Shown piece after piece: positions 54,951-64,000 of a stretch of DNA of 64,000 bases. The stretch's first letter is position 1. Every line of letters starts with the position of its first letter. The stretch is from IMG/VR virus record IMGVR_UViG_3300022928_000019, positions 8,884-72,883 of that record. One strand, written 5' to 3'. Both the position numbers and the translations under genes were made by a program. The notes beneath the pieces were generated by a model. That model was not told the origin of the DNA, did no database searches, and worked only from the letters and a program-made list of their open reading frames with translations. Source of the stretch: a virus.

Positions 54951-55874
54951 ATGAACACTATTTCCATAGATGCCGTAGGTAGGGACAAGCTATCTGCATC
55001 TGCTTTTAATATACCAGTCGCAGTAGTATCTAACCGTTTGGCAACATTCGAGCATGCGGCCTTCTCGGGTGTGTTTCAACAGACTGCAGCCGGAACACTT
55101 CCCTCATATAGTGCTAAGTCTTTTAGGATTACAAATTCATCAGGAGCGAACATAGAAGTCGGACAAAAACAAATGTTCTTCTCTAAGACTTTTGATGAAG
55201 ACACCGATGGGATGTCAGTAGACTCACCGAGTCTTAGTTTATCCACAGAGAGTAATTCAACTCCATTAGGTCTAAGTGAAGTAATGAAGCTAGTTCACAC
55301 TGCAGGAACAGCTGCATATCACACTGTTGATTCAGTAGGTCTAGACGGAGTTATATTCAAGTGCTATTTTAAGGTAGATAGTCTTGATGACGAAATCTCT
55401 CCATTAGCGTTATATTCAGATTTTGATAGCATAGATATAAACTTTCCAGGGGCTGCTATAAGAATCAAACCAGACTTATCCATACATGCACGAGCAGGTT
55501 ATAATAATACATCTATTGGAAGTAGCCCGATTGCCTTAGGGGTTTGGCATAGGGCAACACTTAGTTTGGGGTCTGATAGTTTTACTGCATCTGTAGAAAG
55601 ATGGACTGGAGCATCTTATGTATCATTGACCACAAATACTCAGATAACATCTAGTGGTAATGGATTACTTACTGATATTGCAGGTAATCCTGCTTATGTA
55701 ATAGGAGTTACTTCAGAGGGAAATGCAGTACAGTATGTCGATGCTATTCAAGGGTATATTTCAACAGGAGAAAAAGAGATCTTACTCAATGGAGACACAA
55801 AAGAATACTTCTGTCAGACTAGTTTAGATGAGTTTGATGTAACTGGAGCTTGTAGCGGTTATTTCAGGAGGTAG
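54951..55874 (+). CDS. Virion protein with lectin-like beta-sandwich
   Basis: Ser/Thr-rich; LGVWHR motif. Confidence 0.5.
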   Translation: MNTISIDAVGRDKLSASAFNIPVAVVSNRLATFEHAAFSGVFQQTAAGTLPSYSAKSFRITNSSGANIEVGQKQMFFSKTFDEDTDGMSVDSPSLSLSTESNSTPLGLSEVMKLVHTAGTAAYHTVDSVGLDGVIFKCYFKVDSLDDEISPLALYSDFDSIDINFPGAAIRIKPDLSIHARAGYNNTSIGSSPIALGVWHRATLSLGSDSFTASVERWTGASYVSLTTNTQITSSGNGLLTDIAGNPAYVIGVTSEGNAVQYVDAIQGYISTGEKEILLNGDTKEYFCQTSLDEFDVTGACSGYFRR

Positions 55875-55876
55875 TT

Positions 55877-56239
55877 ATGGCTACCGAGGTAGGTGATAAT
55901 GTGCAGGTCAAAGCAAACCTTGCTTTTATGGCTAAGGTTATTGCGATTGTTGGAACAGCTGTATGGGGGTACTCAGTCATCTGGAACAAGATATCTACGT
56001 TAGATAATGGGTTGGACAGAGTTCAGCATGAAGGAACTTTGCTTGGCGATTTATCTGCTCGCATGATGCACATTGAGAAGTTTGCTGAGCAAGCAAAGAC
56101 TGACCTTGACCACCTTGTAGAAATGCAAGATGCCCCGATTACCTCAGACCACCAACAGTTTGAGAGAATTAAATATTTGGAGAAAGAGCTAAATATCGTC
56201 AGGAGTAAATTAGACTGGCTGACAATGGGAGCTAGGTGA
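55877..56239 (+). CDS. Membrane-anchored coiled-coil protein
   Basis: One N-terminal TM segment. Confidence 0.55.
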   Translation: MATEVGDNVQVKANLAFMAKVIAIVGTAVWGYSVIWNKISTLDNGLDRVQHEGTLLGDLSARMMHIEKFAEQAKTDLDHLVEMQDAPITSDHQQFERIKYLEKELNIVRSKLDWLTMGAR

Positions 56240-56703
56240 TGTTTGAGTTAGTTACAATGTTTTTCACTGCTGGTGGAAGTGCTGCATTAGGTAGTGTATT
56301 GAAAGGCGTGTTTGGGGCTATCTCCGACTCTCGCCAGCAAAAGTTTGAATTAGAATTAGCAAGGGAGGCTAGAGGAAATGAATTTGCACTTAAATTTCAG
56401 GAGCAACTTAATAGTGGTGAAGGTGGTATGTTCACTCGGGTTACTAGGAGGCTGCTCAGCCTCATACTATGCGGAACCCTCTCGGCAGTCGTTATCCTTT
56501 GCACCCTCTTCCCAAGTGCAGAAATCATCACCCTCACAAACCCAACAGGAGAAGGAGCAACCGAAATCCTTTTTGGACTCATCACATTCCCTACTAAGCA
56601 GTCCCCCATTATGGTTACTACAGGTTCGCTAGCAAGTTACTTCGTAATTGTTTTGGCTCCTATGGTTTTGGGATTTTACTTCACCCCAGGAGGCAGACGA
56701 TGA
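56236..56703 (+). CDS. Putative holin
   Basis: 2-3 TM segments, VTRR and VLGFYF motifs. Confidence 0.55.
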   Translation: MMFELVTMFFTAGGSAALGSVLKGVFGAISDSRQQKFELELAREARGNEFALKFQEQLNSGEGGMFTRVTRRLLSLILCGTLSAVVILCTLFPSAEIITLTNPTGEGATEILFGLITFPTKQSPIMVTTGSLASYFVIVLAPMVLGFYFTPGGRR

Positions 56704-57434
56704 AGACTTGGCAAGAGTTTAACGATACAGTTAATGATATGCTTCTTATTGATGGCCTCCGTAGAGGCAGAGGAGTAGAAAGGTTTAAGGATCGTATGAT
56801 CGTTGCAGGAGTTAAAGACCTGCAAGGATTTATCATGGGATATATGTCCACACCTACTGAGCTTGTATTAGATCAAAACGAATTCACCTTACATTCTGAG
56901 GGAAATTGTTATGTTGGCTCATTTAATTTAGAAGCATCTAGAATACTAGATGTGGTTGTTAGAGTTATGCCTTCAAATGATGGAGAAACTAGCACATTCT
57001 ATAGGCTTAACATATATCCTGCGTACAAAAGGTATTCCATAATTTCTGGTACTCATTCATCAAGGTCTGCTGTTTACCCAGGCAAGATATGCTTTGATAG
57101 AGGTACTATTTATATAGCACCTGGATTAGGGGACAGCGAGACACTAAGCATTCTTTATAATCAAGAAGTTCAATATAAGCCAATTTTTGAGTGTAGCTCT
57201 GAAGAAAAAAATCAATCAACTCCATTTAGTGATGATGCTGCACTTGCCGTGCATTATTTTGTTAAGTATCATTTCCATAAGGATGTTAATGATGACCAGT
57301 CTCAAGCTCAAGAAAACTACCAAAATTACCAAAGGGAAAGAAGGTCACTCCACTGGAAGATGAGGGATTATGTTTCAACAAATAATCCTGTGGCGCAACT
57401 CACAGCAGAAGGGTTCATTGTAGGAAATGAGTGA
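56700..57434 (+). CDS. Putative head-tail adaptor
   Basis: Size and position; helical N- and C-termini. Confidence 0.5.
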   Translation: MKTWQEFNDTVNDMLLIDGLRRGRGVERFKDRMIVAGVKDLQGFIMGYMSTPTELVLDQNEFTLHSEGNCYVGSFNLEASRILDVVVRVMPSNDGETSTFYRLNIYPAYKRYSIISGTHSSRSAVYPGKICFDRGTIYIAPGLGDSETLSILYNQEVQYKPIFECSSEEKNQSTPFSDDAALAVHYFVKYHFHKDVNDDQSQAQENYQNYQRERRSLHWKMRDYVSTNNPVAQLTAEGFIVGNE

Positions 57435-59136
57435 TACAAGAACACAGTTAAAGGCAAGATTTGCTGCAGGACAAAGAATAGGGGAGTCAGACTTCTCTGC
57501 CCTGATAGATTCGCTTGCCCATTTAACAGAAGATATAGCAAGCGGGTCTTTAGCAACAGGAGACCAATTGTCAGCTTTATCTAGCGGGCTTGAAGATCTA
57601 AAGATTTATGCAGAGGCAATAAGGAGTGAGTTTGATAATTACATTGGTACTCATGCTACGGATCAGTATGTAATTGAATCTGATGCTGCTGTAAGGGATG
57701 AACTTAATGCAACTATAACCCAGTCAGTTCAATCTCTACAATCAACAGATCTCGAGCTAATTGAGATTACTAGTGGGAACACAGATCTCTCATTGGAATT
57801 GTTGAGCCTATATTTGGATTCATTTGAGTCTGTTGATTCTGACATAGCAAACTTACAAGCACAGAGTGCAACTAATGAGCTACTCAATTTAAAGGTTAGC
57901 GAACTGCAGTCAGAGATAGAGTCTAAAGCTGATATTGTACATACTCATGAAGAGTATGCTACTAAAGTCAGTATTGGTAATTTCATAACTGCAGAGGATA
58001 TACCTAATTTTGCTGCAGAGATACATCAGCATACGGCTGCAGACATTACCGACCTTGATGGCATGTTTGCCACAGATGCAAGGGTATTAGAGCTAATCAA
58101 CGAGAATAGGTCTACTATAGATGTTAATGCCATCATTGCAGACGGATACTACTCAAAAGGAGAAGTAGATCAGAAGTTTTATGTTTTCACATTAGATACT
58201 TCTCAAGTTATAGGATTCAATGATGAGGTTTCTAACATTGCGACATCGATTGCCCAAGTAGAATTAGCTACTGCGAAAGAAGAAATTTCTTCTGATGTAA
58301 ATCAACTTAGCCTCGATCTTACAGATCTTACTAGTACCGTTGGAAGTAACTCTACTGCAATTACTACTAATGATACTCAAGTACGAGTAGACTTCGCAGC
58401 ATCTGATTTAACCACTTTAACAAGTGCGAACAGTTATACGGATGGAAAGATCACTGATCTTATCGGTGGTGCAGGTGATGCATATGATACCCTAAAGGAA
58501 ATACAAACTGCACTCGAAGCAGGAGATGCAACGGGTGATGTCCTTACATCACTGAACAGCATCAATCAAGAAATTGATAGCAATGACACAGAGCTTGATA
58601 ATATTAGAAAGTGGCTCGGCAGGACTGCAGATGAACTAGCGTCAGACCCTAATGTCACATCACTATCTAATGACGTAGATGCAGGTGAAACAATAATAAA
58701 TGTCCTTGATCAGACTGGTTTCTCCATAGGTGATGAAATTGTAATCGGAGAAGGTACGTCAAGTGAGGAGGCAACTATAGCAGACCTAGGGTCACTAGTC
58801 CTAGAGAGTCCACTAACTAAGAGTCATGCTGCAGGCACTAAAATTTCATTAAAGAACCCACTCATATCTTCTATTTCTTCTATATCCGGAGGTTCTGCTT
58901 CATCCTCTGATTTGGAGGCACTCCAGCAAACTGTTTCTACTCTAGAGTCTAGCATCACTACTTTGCAGACGGATCTTTCCACAGCCCAGACTTCTATTAC
59001 TTCCCTGCAAGAAGAGGTTATTGCTCAGCAGGTATTGATTAGTGAGTTGGAGCAGATGGTCGATGAAGGTAATTACTCACAAAATAATTATTTCGCTTTT
59101 AATTACGTAACTGATGGATATGGGGCTACATTTTAA
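57427..59136 (+). CDS. Tail fibre-like coiled-coil protein
   Basis: H.H motifs, GAGDAYDTLKEI, heptad repeats. Confidence 0.65.
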   Translation: MSDTRTQLKARFAAGQRIGESDFSALIDSLAHLTEDIASGSLATGDQLSALSSGLEDLKIYAEAIRSEFDNYIGTHATDQYVIESDAAVRDELNATITQSVQSLQSTDLELIEITSGNTDLSLELLSLYLDSFESVDSDIANLQAQSATNELLNLKVSELQSEIESKADIVHTHEEYATKVSIGNFITAEDIPNFAAEIHQHTAADITDLDGMFATDARVLELINENRSTIDVNAIIADGYYSKGEVDQKFYVFTLDTSQVIGFNDEVSNIATSIAQVELATAKEEISSDVNQLSLDLTDLTSTVGSNSTAITTNDTQVRVDFAASDLTTLTSANSYTDGKITDLIGGAGDAYDTLKEIQTALEAGDATGDVLTSLNSINQEIDSNDTELDNIRKWLGRTADELASDPNVTSLSNDVDAGETIINVLDQTGFSIGDEIVIGEGTSSEEATIADLGSLVLESPLTKSHAAGTKISLKNPLISSISSISGGSASSSDLEALQQTVSTLESSITTLQTDLSTAQTSITSLQEEVIAQQVLISELEQMVDEGNYSQNNYFAFNYVTDGYGATF

Positions 59137-59191
59137 AGTGGCTACTATGCAGGCTTTTCGAGTCAGTATGCCTAGATAAATCCCTTTTGAT

Positions 59192-61558
59192 ATGGCGAGG
59201 GCTACAAATGCATACAATCATTTTTCGATCACCGTTCCCGATGGAGGTAATCTGATTTCTGGTAGTAATTCGCAAGATACTGCTGGTGCTGCAAACTATG
59301 TTGAGAAGATAAATTTCAGAAGAGAAAGTGATGGTGAAGTGAGGCGTGAGGGTTGGGACTCAATATCTGCACCTGATGGAACTCCCCTAAATACTGTTGG
59401 TAACTCAGAAGATCCCATCCGAATGATTCATCAGTTTGATTCAGAAGGTAAGAAGATACTAGTATGCGCTGCAGCCGACAAGATCTACAGACTATATGAA
59501 GATACTAAGACATGGAAAGTAATAGCAGAGGGCTTGGTCAACATAGACCACTTAGGTTACGAGACAGATGTTCAGGAGGCAGTGGATAAGTACAAGTTAG
59601 AACCAATAAGATGGGAGGTTGTTTCAATTGATGGATACTGTATATTCAATAACGGAGTAGATCTTCCGTTATACTACAGAGAGTCTTGGCCTTGTGCATT
59701 CCCATTGTTTTCCCTAAGGGAACGAGGGATTGTCCGTTGTGGTACAATCGCAGAGTTAGACGGTAGGCTGTTTATTGCAAATGTGGAATACATTGATGAG
59801 ACAAAAGCAAACAACTTTGAGTACTTCATGGCAGCTGCATTCAATGCTTATATGTTGCCGGAGTTGTTTGATGAGTATGACGATTATTTTTATAGTTACA
59901 GAGTTTCCCATATGATTGAGTTTTCAGCATGGAGACTTGCAGATGATCAGAGGGAAGCTCGTGCAGCACCATACTTATTTGGTCAGAGTTACAATGGCTA
60001 TATACATAGCATGTCTGGCTCCAACATATTATCAATAAGACTAAATTTTGTATTGGGTGGGGCAAGAGACCAAGACGATTTTTACACTATGATCGTTCAT
60101 AACCCTTACTATTTCGCTACAGAGGCTGAGGCTGCTGCGTTTACCTATACACATTCTACATTTGTAGCAGGGGATAGTATTCGAATGAGCATAAAAGATT
60201 CTGCTGGAGTAGTAAAAGTTTACGATGCAGATGTTTCTAACATAGAAGCTGATTGGCTATTTGCTAATACAGTTATTACTCTTACAGATGCTTATAACAA
60301 TACATCATCGGGGGTCTTGACATCAACTGGTGATGAACAAAGTGAAACTAATCAGAATATTTCCTTGGAAGATGAGGTGCAATTTATTTTACTGAAGGAG
60401 CCTGATACTTTTAGTGTAGACGAAAGAGTAACAAGAGAGTCTGCAGATACATTTTCATTCCCGGAGGATGGATCCCAGATACTTAAGATGAATAAGCTTG
60501 GTGATAAGTTATTAGTACATAGGGAGACTGGTTATTTATCGATTAGTCGAGGCGATCAATACACTGCATTTTATTACGAAGAGAAATACAAGGGAGAGCG
60601 TGTAGCTGACTTTAGGAATACTGTAATCAATATTGATGATCAAAGGCAGGTTTTTATGGGCTACAACGGGGTTTATTTCATAACTCTTGGGCAAACTGAC
60701 CCTATGCCCTTTACTCCGTTAACAATTGGCCCAGAGGCATGGAGGCTTATTTCACCTAAAGATGTTGAGCATACCTATTCAACGATCAACCCACTTACGA
60801 ATGAAATGTTCGTGGTATGCCCGATTAATTACAATGCTTATAAGAATGGCATTGATATTGATTATGGAGTCTTAGCTTATGACATGACATTTGGAACGGT
60901 ATCTCAGATTGATGCTGCTTTCACAGCAATGTGCAGTACATATCCATCGGATATATTTGATAGCAGAAGGTTCCTAATGGCTACGCATAATGTTAAATTA
61001 ATAGAGAATCAATACTCTTCAACAAGGTACATAGACTCTGAATCTGTTACTTCAGACCTTGCCCCATTAGGTTCAAGAATCGTTAGATATGGATATGGGT
61101 CTAGAGAAGGCGAGCTAGAGCCTTATAGGCAATTTTCAAGAGACGGAGTTGATTTTGAATCCAAAATAGTTTTCGGCAAAAATGATTTCGCAGATAGGTT
61201 TTCGGAAAAAAAGCTAAGGTCTTATGCTTTGCATATGTCAGATATTTTCGACTACTCATCCTATATGGATGGGAACTATGTTGGCGATGGCTATGGCTAC
61301 CTTGATACAGCAGTTGTGGCTAAAGTTAAGTTATCTACATTCAGTACAACTCAAGTCACAGAAACAGAAGAAATCATTGAGGAATTAGAGGACATGAGTT
61401 CTGAGGTTATGATACCCACATATGCCCAAGGCAACTACTATCAAGACACCATAACTTTAACTGGTCTTGGTCAACCATTTAAGTTTATTGGACGGACTTT
61501 CGAGGTTTCAGGCGTGAGAACTAGACATACAGCGGAGGCAATGAGCAATGCCACATAG
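59192..61558 (+). CDS. Tail nozzle/stabilisation protein (beta-propeller-like)
   Basis: 788 aa; NF.....GEVRREG N-terminus; podovirus nozzle-like size and position. Confidence 0.6.
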   Translation: MARATNAYNHFSITVPDGGNLISGSNSQDTAGAANYVEKINFRRESDGEVRREGWDSISAPDGTPLNTVGNSEDPIRMIHQFDSEGKKILVCAAADKIYRLYEDTKTWKVIAEGLVNIDHLGYETDVQEAVDKYKLEPIRWEVVSIDGYCIFNNGVDLPLYYRESWPCAFPLFSLRERGIVRCGTIAELDGRLFIANVEYIDETKANNFEYFMAAAFNAYMLPELFDEYDDYFYSYRVSHMIEFSAWRLADDQREARAAPYLFGQSYNGYIHSMSGSNILSIRLNFVLGGARDQDDFYTMIVHNPYYFATEAEAAAFTYTHSTFVAGDSIRMSIKDSAGVVKVYDADVSNIEADWLFANTVITLTDAYNNTSSGVLTSTGDEQSETNQNISLEDEVQFILLKEPDTFSVDERVTRESADTFSFPEDGSQILKMNKLGDKLLVHRETGYLSISRGDQYTAFYYEEKYKGERVADFRNTVINIDDQRQVFMGYNGVYFITLGQTDPMPFTPLTIGPEAWRLISPKDVEHTYSTINPLTNEMFVVCPINYNAYKNGIDIDYGVLAYDMTFGTVSQIDAAFTAMCSTYPSDIFDSRRFLMATHNVKLIENQYSSTRYIDSESVTSDLAPLGSRIVRYGYGSREGELEPYRQFSRDGVDFESKIVFGKNDFADRFSEKKLRSYALHMSDIFDYSSYMDGNYVGDGYGYLDTAVVAKVKLSTFSTTQVTETEEIIEELEDMSSEVMIPTYAQGNYYQDTITLTGLGQPFKFIGRTFEVSGVRTRHTAEAMSNAT

Positions 61559-62027
61559 GAAGGCCCCAAGTAGAACTCCCTACACTAAGACTGTACACTT
61601 TACTGATCCTCAGCTTAAGAGGCTTCAGGAGAAAGTTAATGAGAAAGGCAACCTAAGTGAGATCCGGGAATCTGTTGAGAGAGTAGAGATATCCTCTGGT
61701 GTAAACTTAGATGTGCTTGCCCAGAAAGTTACTGACCTAGAAAATGCATCTGCTCAACTGAAGTCATCCGACATTGTAGGCAATGGATCCAATTCTTATC
61801 AAATAGGATTTACTGCTACTAGTGAAGACTCGGCATCGTATGATGTAAGTGTTAATGGGGCAGTTAAGTCTCCGGTTTCTGATTACACAATAGACTTAAC
61901 TACAAATGTAGTACAATTTTCAACAGTAGTAGCAAGTGGTGATGACATTGTCATTACACAAAGAGACGGAAGTAGCTTCTCCCATGAGGATGCTATTGAT
62001 GATTTCCTTATAGCATTATATAATTAA
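61548..62027 (+). CDS. Tail-associated protein
   Basis: VSVNG......DY.I.....V.F......GDDI domain. Confidence 0.6.
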   Translation: MPHRKAPSRTPYTKTVHFTDPQLKRLQEKVNEKGNLSEIRESVERVEISSGVNLDVLAQKVTDLENASAQLKSSDIVGNGSNSYQIGFTATSEDSASYDVSVNGAVKSPVSDYTIDLTTNVVQFSTVVASGDDIVITQRDGSSFSHEDAIDDFLIALYN

Positions 62028-62030
62028 GTA

Positions 62031-62267
62031 ATGAGCATTTTAAGGAAAATAGGTTATTCGATTTCAGAATTGAAGTCTTTGATAGCCAATAAGACTCTTG
62101 GAAGCTTAATAGATGTCCAGGTTCCTGCTCCATCTGAGCAAGCAATACTTCAGTATGTCAATGGTGTATGGACATCTGCTGGTCTTGATTCAATTGATTC
62201 AATTGATGGAGGTTTTGCAGCAACCACTGAGTTTGAGGGAGATAGTATAGATGGAGGATCTGCGTAG
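62031..62267 (+). CDS. Small tail-fibre module
   Basis: LGSLIDV.....AILQY.NG.W; IDGG repeats. Confidence 0.6.
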   Translation: MSILRKIGYSISELKSLIANKTLGSLIDVQVPAPSEQAILQYVNGVWTSAGLDSIDSIDGGFAATTEFEGDSIDGGSA

Positions 62268-62506
62268 TGGGGTATAGAAGAATACAGGTACGTCGGGATA
62301 CATCCGTAAACTGGGAGGGAGTTAATCCAGCCCTACAACAAGGTGAGATCGGCATGGACTTGAGTAATAAAAGAATGAAGGTTGGTGATGGTTTTACCTC
62401 CTGGAATGACTTAGAATACATAGATGACCCTGGGCTTGATAAAATAAGGGCAGAATATGGAAATGAAGTAACATTTGAGTTAAATTTTGATCTACATAAA
62501 AAGTAA
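62267..62506 (+). CDS. Mtd-N/hyaluronidase-like fibre anchor module
   Basis: RIQVRRDT..NW...NP.L..GEIG......KVGDG...WNDL.Y. Confidence 0.8.
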   Translation: MGYRRIQVRRDTSVNWEGVNPALQQGEIGMDLSNKRMKVGDGFTSWNDLEYIDDPGLDKIRAEYGNEVTFELNFDLHKK

Positions 62507-62524
62507 CCTAATATAATATATAAC
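62503..62524 (+). promoter_or_regulatory. 22-bp junction motif copy
   Basis: GTAACCTA-ATATAA-TATATAAC; contains a TAA stop; ATG 1 nt later. Confidence 0.7.
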
Positions 62525-62525
62525 A

Positions 62526-63290
62526 ATGCCAGCAACAGACATACTTGGAAAAATCGGAGAAAAAGTAGGAACAGAGATCAATGGTCTCTCTACTGACATC
62601 TCGACAAACACTGCAAACATCGCAACCAATGCAAGCAACATTGCCACCAACGCAAGTGGTATTGCTACCAATGTAACGGACATCGCAACTAATGCAGGAA
62701 ACATTTCAACTAACGCAGGAAACATCGCTACAAACACAAGTGACATTTCCACTAATGCAAGTGCGATCAGTCAGAACACTTCCGACATCTCGACAAACGC
62801 ATCTGGGATAGCAAGCAACCTATCTGCGATACAATCAAACGATAGTGACATCACCGCACTTCAAACAAAGACAGGGTCACTTGCAACTGATGGAAACAGT
62901 GCATCGTTCAGTGGTGACCTTGGTGCGGCCAACCTTGTTTTATCTGGCAACCTCACAGTCAATGGCACACAAACTGTCATCAATACCACCACGCTTGAAA
63001 TTGAAGACAATATCATCGAGGTCAACCTTACTGCTTCTGATGGGTCTGAGACTGCACAGACTGGCGGTATTCAAGTCAACAGAGGTTCTGGTCTGGATAA
63101 AGCACAGATCATCTGGAATGATACCAATGATGAGTTTCATCTTTTAAAAGGCACAAATGATGCAAACCTTGATTGTGCAAATATTGATGCTGGAGAATTA
63201 AAAGTTCCAACTGGTGCAGACATTTTAATTAATAATGTTGAGCTTGGAAACTACGCATCCTTTGAGACTGAGTTCTTAGCGAATCTGTAA
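62526..63290 (+). CDS. Tail fibre protein
   Basis: I(A/S)TNxxx heptad repeats; GNLTVNGT.T..NTT.L.IEDN motif. Confidence 0.75.
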   Translation: MPATDILGKIGEKVGTEINGLSTDISTNTANIATNASNIATNASGIATNVTDIATNAGNISTNAGNIATNTSDISTNASAISQNTSDISTNASGIASNLSAIQSNDSDITALQTKTGSLATDGNSASFSGDLGAANLVLSGNLTVNGTQTVINTTTLEIEDNIIEVNLTASDGSETAQTGGIQVNRGSGLDKAQIIWNDTNDEFHLLKGTNDANLDCANIDAGELKVPTGADILINNVELGNYASFETEFLANL

Positions 63291-63598
63291 TGTCGAGCAT
63301 TCTCGCCCAGATTGGTGCAAAGATCGGACAGGAGTTCTCTTCTCGTCTGCAAGGTCTGTCTGGGTCGGATGATTATTCGGAAATTGGATATGATGCTAAT
63401 GGCAATGTATCCACAGTAACTACATACACTGATTTAACCAAAGCAACCTTGGTTAAGACTAAGACACTCTCCTACACTTCTGGGTCACTTACTGGCATAG
63501 TGGTCACAGATTCCAGTGGGGCTACAGTCTTAACCCAGACCCTTGCTTACGATGCAACCAGTGGTGATTTGGATTCGATAGAAAAGGATTACGCATAA
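63290..63598 (+). CDS. Tail-fibre module
   Basis: YD.NG-type beta hairpins; TAATG coupling. Confidence 0.55.
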   Translation: MSSILAQIGAKIGQEFSSRLQGLSGSDDYSEIGYDANGNVSTVTTYTDLTKATLVKTKTLSYTSGSLTGIVVTDSSGATVLTQTLAYDATSGDLDSIEKDYA

Positions 63599-64000
63599 TG
63601 GCAACTTACACTGTAACAAATGGAAGACTTGTTTGCACAGGCACAGACATTACGAGTGATGGAATTAAAACTGCTATTGACGCAAACCCAAGTGTTGGAA
63701 CGGCCGAAAAACTCAGTGGAGATGGCAACTCTAGTCCAATTTTTAAGTTTAAAGCTGAAATTTCTATAGGTAATAATTCTACCGATTCTACATGGAAAAT
63801 CACAGATGAATACATTACTGTATTTGCCGATTATCTAATAATAAATGGTGCTAACGCAAAATTGCAATGCGGCCAGCTTGATGCTAATAGTAAAGCTCAG
63901 AACACAAGTTGCTTCACTTACTCTTGTTCAGCTAACACACGAGATAGGTTTCGACTAGATAATGGAGGGGGTTTGTATGTTTATGGTGGTTACTTTAAGG
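63598..64000 (+). CDS. Partial tail/receptor-binding protein (runs off the window)
   Basis: TAATG-coupled ATG; MATYTVTNGRLVCTG..., appears open to the window end. Confidence 0.55.
   Translation, partial: MATYTVTNGRLVCTGTDITSDGIKTAIDANPSVGTAEKLSGDGNSSPIFKFKAEISIGNNSTDSTWKITDEYITVFADYLIINGANAKLQCGQLDANSKAQNTSCFTYSCSANTRDRFRLDNGGGLYVYGGYFK

Noticed and set aside
1422-62524. Classical integron attC array
   Set aside because: Sites are 22 bp, lack the long imperfect attC hairpin, and I see no IntI-specific insertion in either recombinase.
54951-64000. Diversity-generating retroelement suggested by the Mtd-N module
   Set aside because: No reverse transcriptase or template/variable repeat pair seen in this window.

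Overview
The whole window is one tailed dsDNA bacteriophage genome segment with no host genes. It is probably most of a circularly permuted, podovirus-like temperate phage: it has a nozzle/adaptor-type tail and a giant ejection protein, and no tape measure or sheath is seen. Layout: internal virion genes including a 3632-aa polyvalent protein (1-12.4 kb); small basic proteins (12.8-14.2 kb); a long minus-strand arm with tyrosine recombinase 1, an SNF2 helicase, a C5 DNA methyltransferase and many small early genes (15-31.8 kb); a divergent non-coding hub (30.6-32 kb); a minus-strand replication/recombination module (dNMP kinase, SSB, DnaB, initiator, RusA, Cas4-like nuclease, Rad52/Sak; 37-43 kb); integrase 2 carrying a tRNA-Val(GAC) attP inside its 5' end (44.2-45.1 kb); then terminase, portal, scaffold, capsid and tail genes (45.7-64 kb). 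The most notable signals are: (1) about 20 oriented copies of a 22-bp quasi-palindrome, GTAACCTA-N6-TADRTWAC, sitting at gene junctions genome-wide; (2) a multi-stem ~170-nt ncRNA directly behind one of these sites; (3) a dual-coding methyltransferase locus; (4) the intragenic attP; (5) a kinase and a zincin-like domain inside the ejection protein. Product calls come from motifs read by eye; no database search was run.
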